Assembly (NCBI RefSeq): GCF_044704955.1
Contig: NC_091981.1
Coordinates: 186,001-250,000, forward strand
Source of the DNA: Pristiophorus japonicus
Lineage: Eukaryota
DNA: 64,000 nucleotides
Direction of reading: 5' to 3'
In this document: piece by piece, positions 40,201-49,428 of the stretch
How the letters are laid out: every line of letters starts with the position of its first letter
Position numbering within the stretch: the first letter of the stretch is position 1
Notes under the pieces: generated by a model
Seen by the model: only the letters and a program-made list of their open reading frames with translations
Databases searched by the model: none
Told to the model about the DNA's origin: nothing
Translations under genes and position numbers: made by a program

Positions 40201-41639
40201 CACACTGCTCCCAAGGCCCCCACGCTGCTCCCGAGGCCCCCACCCTGCTCCCGAGGCCTCCACGCTGCTTCCGAGGTCCACACGCTGCTCCCCAAGGCCC
40301 CCACGCTGCTCCCGAGGCCCCCATGCTGCTCCCCAGGGCCCCACGCTGCTCCTAAGGCCCTGCTCCCAAGGCCCCCACGCTGCTCCCCATGGCTCCCACA
40401 TTGCTCCCCAGGGCCCCATGCTGCTCCACAGGGCCCCCAAGCTGCTCCCCAGGGCCCCACGCTGCTCCCGAGGCCCCCACGCTGCTCCCGAGGCCCCCAC
40501 GCTGCTCCCCAGGGCCCCATGCTGCTCCCGAGGCCCCCATGCTGCTCCCGAGGCCCCAGGCTGCTCCTCAGGGCCCCCACACTGCTCCCGAGGCCCCCAC
40601 GCTGCACCCCAGGGCCCCCACGTTGCTCCCCAGTGCCCCACGCTATGCCCCAGGGCCCCCACGCTGCTCCTGAGGCCCCCACGCTGCTCCCCAGGGCTCC
40701 CACGCTGCTCCCCAGGGCCCCACACTGCTCCCCAGGGCCCCCAAGCTGCTCCCGAGGTCCCCCCGTTGCTCCCGAGGCCCCCACGCTGCTCCCCAGGACC
40801 CCCACGCTGCTCCCAAGGCCCCCACGCTGCTCCCGAGGCCCCCACGCTGCTCCCCAGGGCCCCCACGCTGCTCCCGAGGCCCCCACGCTGCTCCCGAGGC
40901 CCCCACACTGCTCCCGAGGCCCCCATGCTGCTCCCTAGGCCCCCACGCTGCTCCCGAAGCCCCCATGCTGCTCCCGAGGCCCCCATGCTGCTCCCTAGGC
41001 CCCCACGCTGCTCCCGAGGCCCCCACGCTGCTCCCGAGGCCCCCACACTGCTGCCGAGGCCCCCATGCTGCTCCCTAGGCCCCCACGCTGCTCCCGAAGC
41101 CCCCATGCTGCTCCCAAGGCCCCCTTGCTGCTCCCTAGGCCCCCACGCTGCTCCCGAAGCCCCCACGCTGCTCCCGAGGCCCCCACACTGCTCCCGATGC
41201 CCCCACACTGCTCCTGAGGCCTCCATGCTGCTCCCTAGGCCCCCACGCTGCTCCCGAAGCCCCCATGCTGCTCCCGAGGCCCCCACGCTGCTCCCGAGGC
41301 CCCCACGCTGCTCCCGAGGCCTCCACGCTGCTTCCGAGGCCCTCATGCTGCTCCCCAAGGCCCCCACGCTACGCCCCGAGGCCCCCACGCTGCTCCCCAG
41401 GGCCCCCACGCTACGCCCCGAGGCCCCCACGCTGCTCCCCAGGGCTCCCACGCTGCTCCCCGAGGCCCTGCTCCCCGAGGCCATCACGCTGCTCCCGGGG
41501 CCCTGCTCCCAAGGCCTCCATGCTGCTCCCGAGGCCCCCACACCGCTCCCCGAGGCCGCCATGCCACTCCCCAGGCTGCTGCTCGCTGCTCCCTTCATGG
41601 CCCTGACCTGCCGCTGGTGTTTCACGCAGGTCGGGGCCT
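25205..41639 (-). mobile_element. Non-coding RTE-tailed (SINE-like) retroelement inflated to 16.4 kb by an internal minisatellite
   Basis: About 45-nt 3' tail matching the RTE at 18962-19010; no RT coding; perfect 12-bp TSD CCATTGTTAAAT (25193-25204 and 41640-41651). Confidence 0.85.
25688..41575. repeat. GC-rich minisatellite array, 20-21-bp units CCCCCACGCTGCTCCCCAGGG / CCCCCACGCTGCTCCCGAGG
   Basis: Unit visible throughout; 7-aa periodicity (PTLLPRA / PHAAPQG / PPRCSPG); C-rich on + strand. Confidence 0.98.
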
Positions 41640-41934
41640 CCATTGTTAAATAACACGTTCGTGACTCACGGCTTCCACACTGGCCGCGCTGTGCCCCTCC
41701 CCCCACCCCCGCCCACAGAGCCGGCAAGAAACTTCAGCTCCTCTGCCATCATACTGCTGTTAAATACCCAACTAAGATTTAGACCCAAAGGGATTTGGTG
41801 TAACTGGGGTTCTAACAGCGTATTGACTGCTAAAGAAAGGTCATAGCCCTGGAAAACTAATTTTAATTTTCTGGTTTCAAATTTAGTTTTACGAAACTTT
41901 AAATATATATATCTTGTTGGCTGGTGCAGATATA

Positions 41935-42311
41935 ATGGTAAGTACTGCAGGGAATAGAATACGGCCAGGATGATCTCCTGGACTAGTGTCGATCGCCTGG
42001 ATGGGTCAGGGAGGAATTTTCCCAGATTTTTTTCCCCAATTGGCCTGGGTTTTTATCTGGTTTTTGCCTCTCCCAGGAGATCCCATGGCTCCGGTTGGGG
42101 TGGAGTGTAGAATGTTTCAGTATAAGGGGTGTCGCAGTTGTGTGGGGCGGACTGGTTGGGCTGGATGCTCTTTGCCTTTCCGTCATTGTTCATAGGTTTA
42201 TATGTAACCTTCAGGGCTGCTGACCGAGGGCCGTGCGGCTCTTTGTCGGCCGGCGCGGACACGATGGGCCGGAATGGCCTCCTTCTGCGCTGTAAATTTC
42301 TATGTTTCTAT
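41935..42311 (+). mobile_element. CR1 (HER1/HE1-type) 3' UTR and tail
   Basis: Ends cgatgggccggaatggcctccttctgcgctgtaaatttctatgtttctat; the tail resumes at 44105. Left boundary approximate. Confidence 0.75.
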
Positions 42312-42746
42312 GGGGCTAATGTTCAGCAAGGCCTCCACCCGTCCAAGTGCCGCCGATGGCCGCCGAGGTACCGGACGGTAATTTGGACGGGACATTCATG
42401 GCCGAGGTCCCTCAAATGGACGGTGTACACTGCCGGCAGCGGGCGGGAGGTCACATCTTCGGTGGCAGAGGCGTTTGCCGCCCAAGTGCCACCGAGGATG
42501 GAGTCGGGCCCACGGAGGGTCAAAGAGCTGGAAATAAAAATCAGGAACAAAAAATTTCCGCCCGCAGGAATCTGGGAGCTCGGCGGGCGGGAGCTCAGTT
42601 ACACCACTCAGCCGTCTGCTGATGGCAGCGGGCGCTTCCCGGCGGCACTCCCTCCCGCCCACTCCAGACCCGCCCCGAATGTGGCACTGGGCGGATCGCC
42701 ACGAGGAATGTCGGCAGTGGTCAGTGGGTTGCTGAAAATCGGTCCC
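42312..42746. mobile_element. PIF/Harbinger-like MITE
   Basis: Imperfect TIRs GGGGCTAATGTTCAGC / GCTGAAAATCGGTCCC (12/16); TAT on both sides. Confidence 0.65.
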
Positions 42747-42749
42747 TAT

Positions 42750-44104
42750 GGCCCCAAGTTTCCACATGATTTGCTCCTGATTTTTAGAAGAAACTGGTGG
42801 AGAACGGAGTATCTTAGAAATCGGAATTTAATTTCCTCCAGTTCTAGTCAGGTAGAACAGTTTCACTTTGGAACTGAATTTTTTTTTCAAAAGGGGGCGT
42901 GTCCGGCCACTGACGCCTGATTTCAAAGTTTCCACAGTGAAAACATACTCCAAACTAACTTAGAATGGAGTAAGTGAAGATTTTTGTAGGCTTGAAAAAA
43001 CCTTGTCTACACTTTAAAAAATCAGGCGCAGGTTACAAATTAGGCGTCGGGAACGAGGTGGGGGAGGAAGGGAGGGGGAAGGGAAGTCATTAAATACAAC
43101 AATCAATCCTTAGTTATACTTATACAAATATTATACAAATAAATCCAACCTGAATAAAAATTTATAAGCAAAGAAAAGATTAAATAAACCATGTTCCTAC
43201 CTGTGTGAAAGTGCTTCAGGCAGGCCTTTCAGGCAGCGGTGTGGCGTCAGTGTCTCGTCTCGACGGCAGGCAGCAAGCAGCCTTCGAGCTGAGCTGCGGT
43301 GCTTGAGGCAGGCCTTCATTCCCCGCGAAGATGCAGCACCCGGATGGACTTGAGGCCATTCGGCCATGGGATTGCAGCGGCGTCAGTGGCTGGTCGGGAG
43401 CCGAAGAAAGAACAGCAGCAGCCTTCGAGCTGTGAGGGGGACTGACTCAGGCCATTTGGACAGGGAGAGGCAGCCACATCGACATCTTTATATTTAAATT
43501 TGCAGAATGGGTGCACCACATATTATGCAATGGTTTGCTTCCTCATGCAAGAAATTCTTTGTTCTTGGTGGAAGTTGATCCATTGCAAAGTTGAATTGGC
43601 ACTTTTATTTCTTCAAACACACAGTCCTTAATTTGCAGGCACCGGTTCTGCAAGTTTAGCAGTGAAAAGCTGAACTCACTTATTTCAGCAGGTGATTTAT
43701 TCAGCAGTGCTGCTAAAAGCATTCCCTCACACACAGAAATATCAAGAAAATTAAAATACAAGCCTTTGCAGGGGTCCAAGAAACAAATCTTCACTTTTTC
43801 TGCAGTACTTTTAAAAATGGCCGAGTGCCAATGTTTACTTCAGTCTGTGCGTGGGCGAACGCTCCAACGCGCATGCGCAGGGTTGCCGGCACCAAGAAGC
43901 CTCATTTCAATTGTACCCGCCCCCTCCTACTTACAAAATCGGCGCGAGTGGTAGGCTCCGCCCCCTGTGCGCCGCGCCAAGCAGACATCGAGCTCCAAGG
44001 AGCTCGAGAATACTGCACTTTTTTTCCGGCGCCAATTTCGGCGCGAAAAACAGGCGCCCAGCTCTGAGGTGCACCTTTTTCACCGCATGTGGAAACTTGG
44101 GGCC
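42750..44104. mobile_element. Non-autonomous PIF/Harbinger-like DNA transposon
   Basis: Perfect 19-bp TIRs GGCCCCAAGTTTCCACATG; 3-bp TSD TAT (42747-42749 and 44105-44107); no transposase. Confidence 0.9.
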
Positions 44105-44460
44105 TATGTTTCTATATATTTTTAAGTTTGTCCATTTTTATTCCAGATTTGCCTATGCCCTGTGTGAGGGCCCCAATCTTTGTTTTGCTCTCTATAACAT
44201 TTGTACAAGTTAAAATCAAAGGAGTTTACTCACTTCCTGGTTGAAAAAGTGAGAAGACAGATTTTACAAATGATCTTTGGACAGAAATATCGGTTTGAAT
44301 GGTCTCTGACATCAGGTGATTCACGTGATGCTGAAATGGTTTCCATCAGGAAACAATCTCCCCACAAGATTGCAAAGAATCATCAGACTCTGCTGGCCTC
44401 TGCTGGATGAACAAGGAGTGGCTTTGCTAGGATAAGGGCTGTGCCTGAATCAGTTTCAAA

Positions 44461-44764
44461 ATGCCCAAGGAGAAGAAAGAAGCTCCCAAGAAGCATCCCA
44501 AGAAAGCCTTCAATAAACGGCAGCAAAGGACGGTAAGAAGCAGAGAAAGTGGAGGAGAGTTACTCCATCTACATCCATAAAGTGAGGAAGCAGATCCACC
44601 CGACACCAGCAACTCCTGCAAGGCCATGGGCATCATCAACTCTGACATGAACTATATTTTTCAGCGCCCGCCTGGCCCATTGCAACAAGCAGCTCACCAT
44701 CCGACCCTGGGAAATGCAGAGCGCCGAGTGTCTACTGTCGCTGGCTGCCCAGGGAGCTGGCCCC
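44461..44764 (+). pseudogene. H2B: Histone H2B pseudogene (frameshifted, internal deletion, 3'-truncated)
   Basis: Across frames: MPKEKKEAPKKHPKKAFNK / AKDGKKQRK / SYSIYIHKVRKQIHP / KAMGIINSDMNYIFQR / RLAHCNKQLTIRPWEMQSAECLL / LPRELA, colinear with H2B. Confidence 0.9.
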
Positions 44765-44829
44765 AATATTTACCGGGACGGGATTTCCAAGCGAGGGCGA
44801 GGAGTTCTGATTCTGAAACCCACAAGTCG

Positions 44830-44887
44830 ATGTTCCAAGGACATCCTCAAAGTCTCCCTGATAAAGTGCAACATCCCCACCGACACA
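44830..44887 (+). mobile_element. Short internal RTE LINE fragment
   Basis: KDILKVSLIKCNIPTDT; matches 18684-18733. Confidence 0.7.
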
Positions 44888-45345
44888 CAGGAACAGAAGG
44901 AGGCCCATTCAGCCCCTCGAGCTTGTTACACAGGAACAGAAGGAGGCCCATTCAGCCCCTCGAGCTTGTTACACAGGAACAGAAGGAGGCCATTCATCCC
45001 CTCAAGCTTGTTACACAGGAACAGGAGGAAGCCCATTCAGCCCCTCGAACTTGTTACACAGGAACAGAAGGAGGCCATTCAGCCCCTCGAGCCTGTTTCA
45101 CAGGAACAGGAGGAGGCCTATTCATCCCCTCGAGCTTGTTACACAGGAACAGGAGGAAGCCCATTCAGCCCCTCGAGCCTGTTACACAGGAACAGGAGGA
45201 GGCCATTCAGCCCCTCGAGACCTTTATACGGGAGCAGGAGGAGGCCATTCAGCCCCTCGAGCCTGTTACACAAGAGCAGGACGAGGCCATTCAGCCCCTC
45301 GAGCCTGTTACACAAGAACAGGAGGAGGCCATTCAGCCCCTCAGG
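44888..45345. repeat. About 11 x 42-43-bp tandem repeat derived from a CR1 3' terminus
   Basis: Unit acaggaacaggaggaggccattcagcccctcgagcctgttac; the last unit reads directly into minus-strand CR1 3' UTR. Confidence 0.92.
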
Positions 45346-45562
45346 CCTATTCCCCCATTCAATGAGATCATGGCTGATCTGTGACCTAACTCCATAGACC
45401 CGCCTTTGGCCCATATCCCTTAATACCTTTGGTTAACAAAAATCCATCAATCTCTGATTTAACATTAACAATCGATCCAATATCGATTGCCATTTGTGGA
45501 AGAGAGTTCCAAACGTCTACCACCTTTGTGTATAGAAGTGTGTCCTAATTTCACTCCTGAAA
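45312..45562 (-). mobile_element. CR1 3' fragment
   Basis: ccattcaatgagatcatggctgatct...; homologous to 21020-21300. Confidence 0.85.
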
Positions 45563-46594
45563 AATTACAAGGATAGACCAGGAGTAAAAGTTCTAAATTG
45601 GGGAAAAGCCAGTTTTGCTGAGCTGAGATGGGATTTGGCCAAAGTGGACTGGAAACGGCTACTTGTGGGTAAATCAGTGTCAGAGCAGTGGGAGGCATTC
45701 AAGGAGGAGATCCTGAGGGTTCAGAGCAAGTATGTGCCCTTAAAGAAAAAGGTGGGACTAACAAATCTAGAGTCCCCTGGGGCCATCAGGGTAGGATAAA
45801 GAAAAAAAGGGAGGCTCATGACAGATACCGAGGGCTAAATACTGCAGAATCCCTCGAGGAGCACAGAGTCTAGGGTGAAATTAAAAGGATATTAGGAAAG
45901 CTAAGAGAGAGCTTGAAAACTCCTTGACAAGTAAAATTAAGGAAAACCCAAAGATGTTTTATAAATATATTAAGAGTAAGAGGATAACTAAAGAAAGGGT
46001 AGGGCCTATTAGAGACCATGAGGATAATCTGTGTGTGGAGGCAGAAGATGTGGGTATGGTTCTTAATGAATACTTTGGTGTGTTTTCACAAAAGAGAGGG
46101 GCACTACTATCGGGGAGAAGAAGTGTGAAATATTACATGAAATAAATATAGTGAGAGAGGAAGTATTAAGAGGGTTAGCAGCTTTATAAGTGGATAAATC
46201 CCCAGGCTCGGATGAAATGTATCCCAGGCTGTTAAGTGAAGCAAGAGAGGAAATAGCAGGGGCTCTGACCATCATTGGCCAGTCCTCTCTGGCTTCAGGT
46301 GTGGTGCCAGAGGACTGCAGGACTGCCAATGTTGTACCTTTGTTTAAAAAGGGAGAAAGGGATAGACCGAGAAATTACAGGCCAGTCAGCCTAACCTCGG
46401 TGGTGGGAAAATTATTGGAAAAAGTCCTGAAGGACAGGATAAATCTTCACTTAGTCAGCATGGATTTATCCTGTCCTTCAGGACTTTTTCCAATAATTGA
46501 CTAACTTGATTACACTTTTAGAGGAGGTAACCAGGAGGGTCGATGAAGGCAAAGCGTACGAAGTAGTGTATATGGATTTTTGCAAAGCTTTTGA
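45563..46594 (+). mobile_element. CR1 ORF2 internal fragment (EN-RT linker and RT start), decayed
   Basis: KIKENPKMFYKYIKSKR, DKSPGSDEMYPRLL, NYRPVSLTSVVGKLLE, VVYMDFCKAF. Confidence 0.9.
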
Positions 46595-46834
46595 ATATAT
46601 CTAACGAACTGGCCTCAACAACTTTCTGTGGTAGAGAATTCCATAGGTTCACAATTCTCTGAGTGAAGAAGTTTCTCCTCATCTCGGTCCTAAATGGCTT
46701 ACCCCTTATCCTCAGACTGTGACCCCTGGTTCTGGACTTCCCCAACATCGGGAACATTCTTCCTGCATCTAACCTGTCCAATCCTGTCAGAATTTTATAT
46801 GTTTCTATGAAATCCCCTCTCTTCTTCTAAACTC
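46594..46834 (-). mobile_element. CR1 ORF2 C-terminal fragment
   Basis: RLDAGRMFPMLGKSRTRGHSLRIRG...NLWNSLP; same subfamily as 10115-11393. Confidence 0.9.
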
Positions 46835-47296
46835 AATATCTTGGTAATCTAATCTAGTGTCTGGCATATGTCCATCCCATTCCTGATTGTCACATTTCAA
46901 AGTCTAAAAATATTTTAATAAGAGGAAGAAAATCAGTCATTTCCTATTGTTTTTTCTCGCAGGAGACAGTGATTCACAGGTAGCCACTTTTACCCTGCAG
47001 TGACCCTCGGATGTGCCGACTTAATCCATCTCCCGACAGGCAGTTGCAAAGCAGAAGTCTTAAAAGGCTTAAGATCGGATTAATCACAGCTCAAACTTAG
47101 CAGGCTCCAGACCCCAGACTACCCATGAGTAGATCAGCTAGTGCTGACAAGCAAATAGTAAGTGGGTTTTTAAAATCTGATTTAGGAAATAAATTAGGTT
47201 TTTATCTATTTTGATTGTGATTTGGTGAAAGTCAGAAAATTCATAATTACAGGTATATTTAATCAAATGTAAGCTAATTTCTGATGCAAGTACATT

Positions 47297-47622
47297 TCTG
47301 GCGGGAGAGTCTAGAACCAGGGCTCACAGTCTCAGGATAAGGGGTCGGCCATTTAGGACTGAGATGAGGAGGAATTTCTTCACTCAGAGGGTGGTGAATC
47401 TTTGGAATTCTCTGCCCCAGAGGGCTGTGGATGCTGAGTCGTTGAGTATATTCAAGGCTGAGATCGATAGATTTTTGGACTCTCGGGGAATCGAGGGATA
47501 TGGGGATCGGGCGGGAAAGTGGAGTTGAGGTCGAAGATCAGCCGTGATCTCATTGAATGGTGGAGCAGGCTCGAGGGGCCGAATGGCCGACTCCTGCTCC
47601 TAATGTTTATGATCTTATGTTC
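47297..47622 (+). mobile_element. CR1 3' fragment
   Basis: SRTRAHSLRIRGRPFRTEMRRNFFTQRVVNLWNSLP, then 3' UTR and tail. Confidence 0.9.
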
Positions 47623-47879
47623 AGTAGATTGAATTTACTGGGTGTCTAAAGATTGGAATATCAATGATATACTGACTAAGACTTGCCTGGAAATGGCATA
47701 ATTACTATTATTTGTAAATAAGCTTATTATTTTTCATAATTTGACTCCCTCAAAGTCTCCCAGTCCCAGCAGAAAATGGCAGACAGGAGATCAACTCTCT
47801 GACTTGCACCAATGCTGCTTATTCGGGACAGCACAGAAGCTCCCTAATTTGACTTTTCCCATGATTTTTATTCCCATTT

Positions 47880-48567
47880 TCTGAGACTGACCCTTGCCCC
47901 CACCCTCGCCCCTGACCCATGACTGACCCTCACCCTCACCCCTGACTGAGACTGACCTTCACCCTCACCCTTGACCCATGGCTGAGACTGACCCTCGTCC
48001 TCGCCCTTGACCCATGACTGACCTTCACCCTCGCCCTTGACCCATGGCTGAAACTGACCTTCACCCTCGCCCTCGCCCTTGACCCATGACTGAGACTAAC
48101 CTTCGCCCTCGCCCTCGCCCCTACCCATGGCTGAGACTGACCTTTGCCCTCACCCCTGACCCATGACTGAGACTGACGTTTGCCCTCACCCCTGACCTAT
48201 GACTGAGACTGACCCTCGCCCTCACCCCTGACCCATGGCTGAGACTGACCTTTGCCCTCACCCCTGATCTATGACTGAGACTGACCCTCGCCCCTGACCC
48301 ATGACTGAGACTGACCTTCGCCCTCGCCGTCACCCCTGGCCCATGGCTGAGTCTGACCTTTGCCCTCACACCTGACCCATGACTGAGACTGACGTTTGCC
48401 CTCACCCCTGACCTATGACTGAGACTGACCCTCGCCCTCACCCCGACCCATGACTGAGACTGACCTTCGCCCTCGCCCCTGGCCCATGGCTGAGACTGAC
48501 CTTTGCCCTCACCCCTGACCCATGACTGAGACTGACCCTCGCCCTCACCGCTGACCCATGACTGAGA
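47880..48567. repeat. Minisatellite, about 36-bp unit GACTGACCCTCGCCCTCACCCCTGACCCATGACTGA
   Basis: Direct inspection; 12-aa periodicity in ORF 48121-48441. Confidence 0.92.
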
Positions 48568-48900
48568 TCACAAACACATCAAGTGTGGCATTGTCCCATT
48601 CCATGGCTTTGCACATTGGAATGCAAACATGGATTGCCACTCAAGAATAGCTTAGATTTTTGGTGTAATCCACTTCAGCCCATGAGGTTTATTGCCCATC
48701 ACACGTCTCTAACATTAACTTTATGCAGCAAACAAAAGATTCACAGATTTATGCTCGTGTAAGCACAGCATTTGTGACTATTTCTTTCAAATTTACTTTG
48801 TTTTATGTCACCTCAAACACAATATTCTAACTTATCAGAACCCAGTTGTGTTGCTGATGGTGTTATGTGGTCTGCATTGCTGACTTAAGACTATTTATAG

Positions 48901-49085
48901 GCTCCATATCAAGATATGCAGCAGCTCAGCGATTTGGTGTGCCAGCGCGTTGTGGTGTAGAACAGCAGCACTCAGGTTTGTACACACAATTCCCCATGCA
49001 GTAAATCCTGACCTCAGCGAGACAACCAGTGGGAGGCCCCCCACAGTGGGGAAGACCATTCCTCGGCAACGAGAACTGGAGGAAG
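48901..49085 (+). other. Candidate internal exon of an unidentified gene
   Basis: Non-repetitive sequence; AG at 48899-48900; one frame open for 61 codons; strong donor GAAG|GTGAG. Weak polypyrimidine tract and no recognised homology. Confidence 0.25.
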
Positions 49086-49131
49086 GTGAGCGCTCATACT
49101 TCCACTAGCAGCGCTGTTACATAATGGTATT

Positions 49132-49391
49132 TGTCATGTTTGTAACCTTCACATAACTGTAACCTTTATGTAACAACACTGTACACTGTATACACCTGAG
49201 TAATGCACACCTTGACCACAGGGAGTGAACTTGTGGGAGACACTCCTCACCTGGTCACCCAGGTATATAAAGGGAGGTCCCACGCAGGGTCAGCACTTCT
49301 TGGTCCTGGGAATAAAGGTTCAGGTCACGTAGTGACCTTGTCTGCAATACATGCCTCGTGTGATTCTATAGAAAGGTGTAAGGACACCACA
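49132..49391 (+). repeat. 5' LTR of Gypsy element 2
   Basis: TG...CA, TATATAAA, AATAAA; 8 substitutions versus the 3' LTR (hand count). Confidence 0.96.
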
Positions 49392-49428
49392 TTTGGCGAC
49401 AAGAAATGGGAATCAACTACCCACGAGG

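Noticed and set aside
25373-41727. Long Pro/Gly/Ala-rich ORFs (spidroin- or elastin-like)
   Set aside because: Same artefact; 20- and 21-bp units are mixed with no frame preservation.
42129-42920. 263-aa ORF
   Set aside because: It spans a CR1 UTR and two MITEs, is GC-rich and has no recognisable motifs.
44888-45345. CRISPR-like regularly spaced repeats
   Set aside because: Head-to-tail units with no unique spacers, no cas genes, eukaryotic context, and the unit derives from CR1.
44888-46594. Twin-priming 5'-inverted CR1
   Set aside because: About 1 kb of CR1 is missing between the two oppositely oriented pieces and no enclosing TSD was found. Independent fragments explain it equally well.
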